Source: Octopus bimaculoides (Eukaryota). From it: a stretch of 64,000 nucleotides of DNA. The notes beneath the pieces are model-generated. The model was not told where the DNA came from. It saw only the letters and a program-made list of their open reading frames with translations, and did not search any database. Where the stretch lies: NCBI RefSeq assembly GCF_001194135.2, contig NC_069000.1, positions 39,531,853-39,595,852 on the forward strand, in the 5' to 3' direction. A program made the translations under genes and the position numbers. Of the stretch, positions 38,968 through 50,935 are shown piece by piece; positions within the stretch are counted from its first letter, which is position 1, and each line of letters starts with the position of its first letter.

Positions 38968-39093
38968 CAGGGTGTCCACAAAGTCTGGGGACATGGAGTA
39001 AATAAGCCATAACATAAGCAATTAAATATAAGAAATAATAATTTCTTAAAGTGTGTGTTAATCCCCATGTACCCAGACTGTGTGGACACCCTG
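38968..39093. mobile_element. Tc1/mariner-type MITE (126 bp)
   Basis: TA|CAGGGTGTCCACAAAGTCTGGGGACATGG...CCATGTACCCAGACTGTGTGGACACCCTG|TA: ~29-bp TIRs and TA target-site duplication. Confidence 0.92.
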
Positions 39094-39214
39094 TAGATCA
39101 GGAGAAACATCAGCTCTACTGCGTCTATTCTGGTGGCTCTTCAAATTAGATAAATTGTTTACAGAACTGCATTCCGGCAAGCTTCTAGACCACTGGTTGC
39201 TATTATAGTTTACT

Positions 39215-40050
39215 AAGGTAGCGAGCTGATAGAATTGTTAGCACAACAGGCAAAATGCTTAGCGGCTTTTCGTCCGTCTTTTTCCGTCTGAGTTAAAATT
39301 CTGCTTAGTTCGTCATTGCCTTTCATCCTTTCAGAGTCAATAAAAGAAGTACCAGTTGAATACTGGGGTCGATGTAATCGACTTACACCCACCACCCGAA
39401 CTTACTGTCCTTGTGCTAAAATTTCAAACCAGTATTGGTTTCTGAGATAAAATTCTGCTGAGGTTGACCTAGCGTTGCGTTATTTCGGCATAGATAAAAT
39501 AAGTATCTGTTGAAAACTGGGTCGAGCCTAGTACCAAATTTTGAAATCAGTATTATACTATTTACTAAGGTGGCGAGGTGACAGATTTGTTATAACCCCG
39601 GGAAAAATTCTTAGCGGCATTTTGTCTGTCTTCACGTTCACAGTTCATTTCATTTTTTCGGGGTCGATTAAATAAATACCAGCTGAGCACCAGGGTCAAT
39701 ATAATCGATTTATCCAATGTCTCAAAATTGCTGAACTTCTTTCAATATTTCAAACCAATATAATATTCCGAAAATAGAAATATTACATTTCTAAATCTCT
39801 CAGTGAGATTTATAAAGTAACAGCACGATAAAGTGATGGTATGTTGCCAACTTAATGTGGCAGTCCCTTGAAAGGGAAGAATGCTACTGCTATTTAGCCC
39901 TAGGAAACACCGTTTCCAGTTGGCCAGGACATATTAGTTCGCATGCCGAGTAAAATGATTAGCAACGTTTCGTTTGTCTTTACGTCCTCAGGTCAAATTT
40001 CGCCGAGGTCGGCTTTGTCCTTTATCCTTGTGCCAAAATCTAAAACTAAT
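39215..40050 (+). mobile_element. Cluster of four same-strand OK-like SINE copies or fragments
   Basis: Units at ~39215-39435, 39440-39550, 39565-39765 and 39925-40050, several ending in AAATTTCAAACCAGTATT-like tails. Confidence 0.75.
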
Positions 40051-40074
40051 ATTATATAGTTTACAACGTTTAAA

Positions 40075-40290
40075 TTAATGTCTCTTGTCAGTTTTCTTGA
40101 CTTCCTGTCCATCTCCTTTAGCTCCTTCTCTGTTCACTTCAGGATTCCAGCGCCATATGGAACTACTGCGACTGCGTATCTTTGACTTGTTGGTTCTCTT
40201 CATGTACCCGTAAACAGCTGGTCATCATGCAATCATAATTGCCACCTTAAATAACATTCAACACAAACCGTACACTTTGATGACAATAAC
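40075..40290 (-). mobile_element. R4/Dong/NeSL-type (REL-endonuclease) non-LTR RT fragment
   Basis: Minus strand AVAVVPYGAGILK*T.KELKEMDRKSRKL resembles 'AV.V.RY.AGI..W...EL...DRKTRK'. Confidence 0.65.
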
Positions 40291-41112
40291 ATTTTCAAAT
40301 GTACACGTAATTGTCTTTAGATATTTCATAACGTTGGGAAAGCTACTGGGACAGTTTCCAGTTCTGTTGTAATAAATTGGTGCGAATGAAAACGCAGCAC
40401 GTTATTTATGCAGCTGTGCAGGAGGCAGCAGACCATTAATTCAATATTTCTCGATGGCATACAATTGAAAATTGCACTTTGAATATTTTATTCTCTGAAC
40501 GATACGCGTCTCAATTTCATTCTCTCCGTAGATTGTGTATTTTCACAGGGCACCAATTAATCCACAATGTGCTCACGTGTGTTACGCAACCTCGTAATAT
40601 CTCTGGTGAAGTCCTGTTATTTCTCAATATTCACCGCCCCAGATATCCATTCTGGGAGAGTGCAAAGGCACGAATCTAACACATCTATTATTTTTCTGCA
40701 TAATTGCAACTAGCCTCATTTCCTAAACTTTATAATTGGTCCCTGTTAAGAAATTCTATAAAATCCTGTAATTATCATTCTTCATAAATACATTTGGCTC
40801 GTGAACATACCAATTTTCCCTTACATGTTACTTCAAATCCATCTAACAACCCTAAACATTATTCCTCACTTATAACTACATCATTTGTTTTGGCTGTGTG
40901 GTTGCTACTCTTTCCGGCCATTTGTCATATCGTTCTTCTTTGATATTTCTAATAAGAGATGTGTTTCTTTCATTCGCATGAACAAAATACTTTTACTAAA
41001 CCCAAATTGAAGGACTGATACCATCTTAGGCTTTTAATGGAAGACTGCATCCATTGCCTCTTAGGAAACAGAAGCGGCCGATATCAATGTAGTGTAATGT
41101 GCTTTATTATTA

Positions 41113-41158
<46 letters not shown>

Positions 41159-41159
41159 G

Positions 41160-41370
41160 AACTGGTCTAATCGTTAGAACACAGGGCAAAATGCTTAGCA
41201 GTGTTCCCTCCGTCTTTACGTTCTGAGTTCAAATTTCATCGAGGTCGACTTTGTCTTTCATCCTTTCCGGGTTGATAAATTAAGTACCAGTTATGCATGG
41301 GGATCGATGCAAACGACTTGCCTCCTCGCCCAAAATTTCAGGCCTTGAGCCTATAGTAGACAGGGTTATT
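41160..41370 (+). mobile_element. OK-like tRNA SINE with (ATT)n tail
   Basis: GTTCTGAGTTCAAATTTCATCGAGGTCGACTTTGTCTTTCATCC..AAGTACCAG, followed by (ATT)n to 41463. Confidence 0.85.
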
Positions 41371-41371
41371 A

Positions 41372-41447
<76 letters not shown>

Positions 41448-41464
41448 CATTATTATTATTATTA

Positions 41465-42370
<906 letters not shown>

Positions 42371-43136
42371 AAGATGCTTTGGAGTAGAATAGCAAATACC
42401 AACTCACTGAAACTTAACATCTTTGTGGCTTCAGTGTTTATGTAAAGCAGAATCTGCTGACTTGGGTCCATAAAGTTTGGCATCAGCACTTGAACCGATT
42501 CAGAAACGCACCTGATTCGATCTCCCGGCAATTCCGCCAATTCATTACACTGGATTGGTAATTTTTTTCCCAGCATGGTAAAATACACTTTGGATGGATT
42601 TGAACTCAGAGCGCAGACAGCCCAGACAGATACCACGAAGCAGTTGTTGGAACATTCTACACACGGTACTAATTTGGTTTATTATTGTTGTTGTTAACTC
42701 CCGTGATGTAAAGACATATTTACTTCTGTCTGAGACGCTTTAGTTTAAGCATTATGTAAAGGAACATTCTAGCGAGTCCACGCCGAAAATGATTTTAATT
42801 ATCTGAAAGATACTCCGGGGCAGACAAACAGACATTAATTTTATTTTCTTACACATTTTCACCACACTTCATACCAAAGTGTCTGGCCCACAAAGTCGAA
42901 TATTGCAAAAGCAAACAAGACCAAAAAAAAAAAAAAGATAGTAGTAAAAACAAATTGCAACTGAGATTTCACAGAAAGAATAATATAATCAGCGTTTTAA
43001 TGAACAATTAACAGGAAAAAAAAACATACTTCGAGTTGCACAAACGAATAGTTTGGAAGCTATCAATTATAACAACAACCACAATTACTAACAATGTGTT
43101 CAGTCATTGTCATTATAAATTGTCAATACAGTAGTA

Positions 43137-43204
<68 letters not shown>

Positions 43205-43313
43205 TACGTTAAATTCCGGTTTTTGCCATTTAAGATTCAGAGTTTTCCTATTAAACACTATCATTTTCTTTTCCCAGAAACGAAGATGATAGCTGGGAGA
43301 ATTTAGTAAAGTA

Positions 43314-43603
43314 GTACATTATTTATATTATTTACATTATTTACATTTGACGGATATTTGTGCTCATCTTGTTTGTTGTTAACACAACGTTTCGGCTGAT
43401 ATACCCTCCAGCCTTCATCAGGTGTCTTGGAGAAATTTCGAACTTGGGTTCTCATTCCTAAGGTATTTTTTCGATGTTATTATTATTATTATTATTATTG
43501 TTGTTGTTGTTTTTGTTGTTGCTCAGGTTACTGCTTGGAATTGAACTCGGAATCTTTGGGTTAGTAGCCCGCACTCTTAACCACTGCACCATATGCCCAT
43601 GGG
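43314..43603 (-). mobile_element. Left arm: tRNA-headed, hammerhead-bearing SINE-like unit
   Basis: Reverse complement of 43604-43920: tRNA-like head, (AAC)n(AAT)n linker, hammerhead body. Confidence 0.9.
43381..43426 (-). ncRNA. Type I minimal hammerhead ribozyme (intact core)
   Basis: GACAC-CTGATGA-A-GGCTG-GAGGGTATAT-CAGCC-GAAAC-GTT-GTGTT: stem I GACAC/GTGTT, stem II GGCTG/CAGCC, palindromic stem III AACGTT. Confidence 0.85.
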
Positions 43604-43695
43604 CCCATGGGTATATGGCGTAGTGGTTAAGAGCGTGCGCTACTAACCCCAAGATTACGAATTCGATTCCAAGCAGTGACATGAACAACAACAAC

Positions 43696-43760
<65 letters not shown>

Positions 43761-43951
43761 TAATAAGATCGAAAAAATACCTTAGGAATTAGAACCCAGG
43801 TTCGAAATTTCCCCAGGACACCTGAAGAAGGCTGGAGGGTGTATCAGCCGAAATGTTGTGTTAACATCAAACAAGATGAGGACAAATAACTGTTGAATGT
43901 AAATAATGCAAATAATGAACATAATTCCTCATCTCTTAAATATAGAACTGT
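43604..43951 (+). mobile_element. Right arm: tRNA-headed, hammerhead-bearing SINE-like unit with a 31-nt 3' extension
   Basis: Head GGGTATATGGCGTAGTGGTTAAG..ATTCGATTCC (A and B boxes), (AAC)n(AAT)n, hammerhead, then ATAATTCCTCATCTCTTAAATATAGAACTGT and an A-run. Confidence 0.9.
43817..43862 (+). ncRNA. Type I minimal hammerhead ribozyme (second copy)
   Basis: GACAC-CTGAAGA-A-GGCTG-GAGGGTGTAT-CAGCC-GAAAT-GTT-GTGTT; position N7 varies as allowed, and C15.2 is changed to T. Confidence 0.75.
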
Positions 43952-45267
43952 AAAAAAAAACAATATGTCAGCTAAATTTTACAATTCGGATTAGATAAAG
44001 CTATCAATAAAAGCATGCAAAAATCCTGTTAAAACTCTGCTCAGAAAGTATCATATCAAGAACCATTTCAATTATCACTGGAAGTTTCTAAATTCTCATG
44101 ACGTTGGTAATATCTGTGAAGATATACTATGAAAAGGGATGTTGGTAGTATCCTATTACCGCCAAGAAATAACGGGGGAAGCTTCCCTAATCAAAAAGAA
44201 ACGTTATGACATCGTCTGAAGTACTTTCAAAATAGGAAACAAATGCTGAAATCAATATATATATGTGCATCCTTCATTGATTTGCATTCCAATATACATG
44301 ACGATAAATGGGGCTGGAAACGACGGCAGCCAGGAGCTAGTTGTCCCCTATTTATCGCCATAAGCACGGTGGAATAAAGCAGGGTTCACAAAGAACATAT
44401 GATCAAGAGGAGTTAAAACAGATTAGCAAGTCGCTTTGAAAAGAACACAAGGTGTCCTACTGCATCAAAGGCGCCCCTAACATGGTCTGTTGGTGCTGCA
44501 CTAAGAAGCACGACAGTATATCTTGCTCTGAAGAACGAACATTCAGATTATGAAATCGAAGAAGGGAAGGAGATGGGACCGACTGCAACGCCTCTATTAA
44601 CAGCTTCTACCTGTAGGTGGTATTCAGAACAATAGATTAAGTGAACCAATCAGTACAAAGCGACATGCAGTTTCCGGTACACCGGTTCCAATGAGCTGGA
44701 CGTCTGAACTGGACCAGAACCCACCTGAGCGCCAAAATATTCTATTCGTAATGGCTAAATATTTATATCATTTACTAGCACGAAACGAGACACAGGTAAA
44801 TTCAGTGAGGTGATTTATTTATGTTCTTTTATAATAAAATATCATACATCAATATTATCGATTTCAGGAAAAATTTATGTTGACCTACGGTTAAATCCAA
44901 ATAAATTATATTCATACGGATTTCTATTCCGTGACTTCAAGAAATATTACACCAGGAATCTAATGTATATTTCTGAAATCCGTATCATTGGCTTCAAAAC
45001 TACTCACATTACGTAACATTGTTTATGAAAGTGAAATATTGGGTGTGTTTATATATGTATGTGTGTGGCTGTGTATACGCGCGTACTCGCTTGTTTATTA
45101 CTAAAGAGACTGCGATTCTCCTGGGTAATGATTTCATGGTTTATATTTGTTTTGCAAGACTCCAGCATGTACTGGACAACTTAAATAGTCGCGCGACAGA
45201 CATTTCACCGTTCACCAGTTTCGTTAAAACAGAACGGTGTGTCCTAAGCGTACGCACGAACACAAGC

Positions 45268-45308
<41 letters not shown>

Positions 45309-45834
45309 NNNNNNNNNNNNNNNNNNNNNNNNNNNNNNNNNNNNNNNNNNNNNNNNNNNNNNNNNNNNNNNNNNNNNNNNNNNNNNNNNNNNNNNNNNNN
45401 NNNNNNNNNNNNNNNNNNNNNNNNNNNNNNNNNNNNNNNNNNNNNNNNNNNNNNNNNNNNNNNNNNNNNNNNNNNNNNNNNNNNNNNNNNNNNNNNNNNN
45501 NNNNNNNNNNNNNNNNNNNNNNNNNNNNNNNNNNNNNNNNNNNNNNNNNNNNNNNNNNNNNNNNNNNNNNNNNNNNNNNNNNNNNNNNNNNNNNNNNNNN
45601 NNNNNNNNNNNNNNNNNNNNNNNNNNNNNNNNNNNNNNNNNNNNNNNNNNNNNNNNNNNNNNNNNNNNNNNNNNNNNNNNNNNNNNNNNNNNNNNNNNNN
45701 NNNNNNNNNNNNNNNNNNNNNNNNNNNNNNNNNNNNNNNNNNNNNNNNNTATAAGGCACATGCCAGCCTATCGAAAGTTGTCAACTTGGTGAAAAAAATA
45801 TTTGAAAGCTGTTTGCGCAAGGTCTGTTTCTCTA

Positions 45835-46110
45835 TCGGTTTCCACGATGACTGTTCAAACTGATCCGGTGAACGGAACAGCCGTCTCGTGAAATTAACGT
45901 GCATGCGGTTGACCACTCCACAGTCACGTCTATTTCCCATGTAGATTCGATGACACAAACCTGAATGTGACACTACTTCAACATTGAAATACTGGTACTG
46001 CTCATTTCTGCCAGCTGAATGGACTGAAGCAACGTAAAATATAATGTTTTGCTCAAGGATGAAACGCACCACCGTGATTCAAGCTCACGGCCTTACGATC
46101 GTGATCCGAA
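45835..46110 (-). mobile_element. Family B tRNA SINE (decayed)
   Basis: AACGGAACAGCCGTCTCGTGAAATTAACGTGCA..CACTCCACAG..CTCATTTCTGCCAGCTGA..GCTCAAGG, as in 28311-28598. Confidence 0.75.
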
Positions 46111-46212
46111 AACCAACTTGACTTTCGTTTTATAACAATGCACATGAAGTTTGCAAAAGGGCATAAAATGCCAGTGCTCAACGCATGACACAGACAAAGA
46201 CGCATGTAACAT

Positions 46213-46720
46213 AAGGGTTTCAAATTTTGCCACAGGGCCAGCGATCTTCAGATAGGGGATGAACCGATATCATCGACCCCGGTATTTATTTGTATCGATG
46301 TCATCAATTGGTACTTATTTCTATCGACCCCGAAAGTACAAAAGACGAAGTCGACCCCAGCGGAATTGGAAATAATTTTTTAAAATTTTGCTGGGTGTAG
46401 AAATTTGTGGGGAAGCGATGAATCGATTTCATTGACACCAGTGTTCAACTGGTACTTATATATCGACACCACAAGAATGATAGGTAAAGTCGAACTCGGC
46501 GGAATTTGAAATAATGGATTCAAATTTTGCCTAAAGGACAGCAATTTGGTGGGAGTCGATTTCACTGACGCCAGTGTTCAACTGTAGTGGATTTTATTCA
46601 CCGCAAAAGTACAAAAGACAAAATCGCCCTCAACGGAATTTGAACTCAGAACGTAGCGACGGACGAAATAACGGTAAGCATTTCGTCTAGAGTGCTCACG
46701 ATTCTGCCACCTTGCCGCTT
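46213..46720 (-). mobile_element. Head-to-tail trimer of OK-like SINE bodies with a single tRNA head
   Basis: Three units, each TTCAAATTTTG..GAT..GAC.CC..CTGGTACTT..GTCGA..CGGAATT.GAA; only the rightmost continues into the head (to ~46720). Confidence 0.8.
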
Positions 46721-48036
46721 TATGGACAGACGTAATACAAATGAATTATTGTACAGAGGTGATTTCTATTTCAATGTGTTGTTATGACGTTTACCGATAC
46801 AGCCGTTAGGGAAAAAGAAATACGTGTAAAAAGGCCTTTACACTACTTAGTATTATGTAAACAACAAGGACAGCATACGTTTCCTTTTATCGAACAATTA
46901 CAATCAGATAGTGGCATTTTTCCCTATATGGAAATGTTTAGTTACTCTACCAGATCACTGAAGAAAGGAGAGTGAACAGATTCATTAGAATACTTAATAA
47001 ATAAATAAATAAATAAATAAGTAAATAAATAAATTTATTAATCCAATTTACATCGAATATTTTTTATCGATTACAATAAGTAAAGATTTTTTAAAAAATG
47101 TTTTTTTAGAACTTGCATAAGAAAACGGATTAAGCCCTTTGGCAGCTTGGCTAATTTGGGCAAATTGGTAGGATGTCAAAAAATAAAAATAATAAATAGG
47201 TCAACAAAAAAGAAAGAAAAAATATAAATCCTAGTTAAATAATCTGTTTCGATGTAATGAAATAGTTTTAAAACACCATTTTTGGTGTTAGTATTATGCT
47301 TCAAGCAAGAACACCATACAACTTCCTAAATCGAATGACTTATTCCAATTGTAATGAAAGAGTTAAATAATAAACATGCCAATTCATTTTAATTCTCGTA
47401 GATATTGTAACGATTTCAGTCTATTTCCTCTTATCAGAGATTTGTTAGCGGTCAAGTGTCCCCCTGTGGTGTTCGATAAACTCGCTTACTATAAACTATA
47501 ATGGAAATTGCTAACAATAGTTTGTCCTTTTAGTCAACATTTTATGGTCTGTATAGTTATTTCAATACTTTACACTGGCTATTAATGTTTCATCTTCTCA
47601 CCAGAGAAAAATCCTAAATTGATAATTTCATTCTTTTGTGTGTAATGATATAAAATATATCAAGAAAAGGAGTGAAAATATTTTCAAGAGCAGCAAACTT
47701 GGAGAACGCTATATAAATGCATTTATATATAGGCGGAGGAGTGGAAGTGCGGTACCTATAAATCTGAAATAGCAAAGTTAATAATAGTGTGTCGTTCAGC
47801 CTTTTTTCTATGTTTGCAACTATTTATTAATGTAAATTGCTTGGTTGCCTCAAGCATCTAAAATTACGTAATTACTAAGAAAATACTTACAGATGCACCT
47901 GCAAAGGACTCACATGCTTATTCGTTTGTCAAATACGCTGTACCTTTGAAATATTATATTTTCTTCAGTGATTCGTCTCCGGCGTAAATTTCTAACAAAG
48001 TTACCGTCGATTATATTTTAATATCTTAATATTTGG

Positions 48037-48218
48037 AAGGCGGCGAGCTGACAGAAACGTTGGCACGCCGGACTAAATGCTTAGCGGCATTTCATCCGTC
48101 TTTACGTTCTCTGTTCAAATTCTGCCTAGGTCGACTTTGCCTTTCATCTTCTCGGGGTCGATAAATTAAGTACCAGAATGTCGTACTGAGGTCGATCTCA
48201 TCGACTGGCCCCCTTCCC
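48037..48218 (+). mobile_element. OK-like tRNA SINE running into a gap
   Basis: GGCGGCGAGCTGACAGAAACGTTGGCACG..GTTCAAATTCTGCC..GTCGATAAATTAAGTACCAG. Confidence 0.9.
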
Positions 48219-50418
48219 NNNNNNNNNNNNNNNNNNNNNNNNNNNNNNNNNNNNNNNNNNNNNNNNNNNNNNNNNNNNNNNNNNNNNNNNNNNNNNNNNN
48301 NNNNNNNNNNNNNNNNNNNNNNNNNNNNNNNNNNNNNNNNNNNNNNNNNNNNNNNNNNNNNNNNNNNNNNNNNNNNNNNNNNNNNNNNNNNNNNNNNNNN
48401 NNNNNNNNNNNNNNNNNNNNNNNNNNNNNNNNNNNNNNNNNNNNNNNNNNNNNNNNNNNNNNNNNNNNNNNNNNNNNNNNNNNNNNNNNNNNNNNNNNNN
48501 NNNNNNNNNNNNNNNNNNGGTTTCCTCAACTTAAAAAAAAAAAAACACTGAAGGCGGTGCTGCAGCATGGCCACAGTCAAATGACTTAAACAAGTAAAAG
48601 AATTAAAGAATAAGTTCATTGTAATGAAAATATTTGTTCTGTACTTTACTAACGAGGAAGGATTATGGTTACAACCTACTTTAGCCACATAGTATAAAAA
48701 CTTGCGTTTTATTATATACGCATTGCATTTACGAAGCGTTGCTTCAATTTTAGTGACTTAACTGTCATGTCTTGCTTTCCTTAATTTAATTCCTGAGCTC
48801 TGTAAACAGGAAGTGATTCCAGGCTAAATCCAATATTCAGCCAAAGTGAAAGAACAGAATGTCAAAATCTAAGGTTCTAAAAATGTCAGTTAGTGCAAAG
48901 ACACGTCGTGCAAATCCTACCAAAAACAGGAAAAAAATCATCCGTATTAGCAAAAGATTAGTCATAATCACATGCTTCATTTGAAGCATACGCTGGGTGC
49001 AAATACTATATCAACAGTCGATAACAATTGTACAAAATGGAGGAAATTGGGAATTCGTAGTTGATTATGTCTCTGAGTAATAAAAGCTGGAAACAGATTA
49101 CTCTTGTACTACAGTTTCTGTTCAAAGTAAGTAATAAACAGAGTAGATCTATCAAAGAGAACAATATATTACGTATGTAGTGCATAGCACATTCGTCATG
49201 ATACAGCCATAAAATTTGAAAAAGAAAACAACCATATATATTCACTATAGAATTCATAGAACGTGTGCAACCTTACTGCCATATGTTAATTATATCAAAA
49301 TGTATTGTAATTTTGCCCTGGCTAATCCAGAAGGTAGAATTACTTCTAACAATGCGTTCCATGACATTATTGACAGACCCGTATATTGGCATTAGTTTTA
49401 GAGAAATGACCTTGTCTCGAAAGGACAGGATTCCTAACATTCCCTATGACACGAGATTTCTATCTAAGTATACTTTCAATTTTCATGTTGAAAGACAATG
49501 GTTGGCTGAATCAAAGCAGCTTATTGAAAATACCGATATTTACAGCTTAAAAAAGCAAACAATATTCTTGCGTAACTCGAAATGGGTTTTATAGACAAGA
49601 AATAAGTATTCTGCAAATAATTTACAGTTTTTAAATGATGAAAATAATGTATTGCGAGAATTAGCAATCAATTAAGAATTCAAAGTCGTAAATAAACACA
49701 TTCTATTTTAATTTGTGCGTTTGTGTTTCTGTGTATGTGTGTATTTGTGTGTGTGTTTGTGTTTGTGCGTGTGTGTGTGTGCATGTGTGTGCGTGTGTTA
49801 TTTCCACAAAAATACTTTGTTTTTTAAGAAATAACATTAACGAAAATGTAACATTAGGTCGCGCAAAACAAACATATGTCTTATGATTCACGCGGAAACA
49901 ATTAAAAATTAATTGCTACTTAAAAAACATTATTTTTGGAAGTTTACATTTAATAATTGGTTACCAGTATTACATAGGAAATGATCTTGACATGAATTTT
50001 TATCTTAATTTTTAATTTCCGCCATAATGAGTCTCAACTAATTGATGCTTTTCAAATTGATTATCTTTCACTATTTGTTTTATAGCATTCTGTTTATATA
50101 GTAATAAAGTGAACTTTCGAAAGCATTTAATGATATTTCTGTACATTACATAGATTATTGTTGTTGTTGATTTCTTTTATTGAATCCATGTGAATTTCAT
50201 TATGGAAATGGCTTATTTTGCAATCATTAGTTGGCTATTAATATTATTTTAAATATCAAGACTTGACCGGTTATTGGCTAACTTCCGATCGTTAAACATA
50301 TCTTTGCGATAGTCTATTAATGCTTACTTCGTCATTTCTATAGATTCCTGTTATTTATCATCGATTATAATGTCAATCAAAAGATTTTAATCTGTATATA
50401 TACATACATAAACACACA

Positions 50419-50478
<60 letters not shown>

Positions 50479-50784
50479 NNNNNNNNNNNNNNNNNNNNNN
50501 NNNNNNNNNNNNNNNNNNNNNNNNNNNNNNNNNNNNNNNNNNNNNNNNNNNNNNNNNNNNNNNNNNNNNNNNNNNNNNNNNNNNNNNNNNNNNNNNNNNN
50601 NNNNNNNNNNNNNNNNNNNNNNNNNNNNNNNNNNNNNNNNNNNNNNNNNNNNNNNNNNNNNNNNNNNNNNNNNNNNNNNNNNNNNNNNNNNNNNNNNNNN
50701 NNNNNNNNNNNNNNNNNNNNNNNNNNNNNNNNNNNNNNNNNNNNNNNNNNNNNNNNNNNNNNNNNNNNNNNNNNNNNNNNNNNN

Positions 50785-50800
50785 GACGCTCTTCCGATCT
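50785..50800 (+). other. Illumina adapter remnant (assembly artefact)
   Basis: GACGCTCTTCCGATCT, the exact 3' end of the Illumina read-1 adapter ACACGACGCTCTTCCGATCT, directly at a gap edge. Confidence 0.93.
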
Positions 50801-50935
50801 ATAGATAGATAGATAGATAGATAGATATATAGAGACAGATAGATAGATAGATAGATAGATAGACTTTACAAGATATATTTCATTTATTCGCTTTGCATTT
50901 CAACAATTGACAAGGTAATTCAGTAATTCAGTACA

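Noticed and set aside
43609-43680. Functional tRNA gene
   Set aside because: The acceptor stem does not close and the sequence continues into a microsatellite and repeat body; it is a SINE head. The same applies to the other tRNA-like heads.
44140-44750. GC-richer stretch, possibly a LINE 5' region with an HDV-like ribozyme
   Set aside because: I could not build the nested double pseudoknot or assign a family by eye.
49265-49594. 109-aa ORF (and the similar 108-aa ORF at 60305-60631)
   Set aside because: Non-ATG start, AT-biased low-complexity composition, no motifs; expected by chance.
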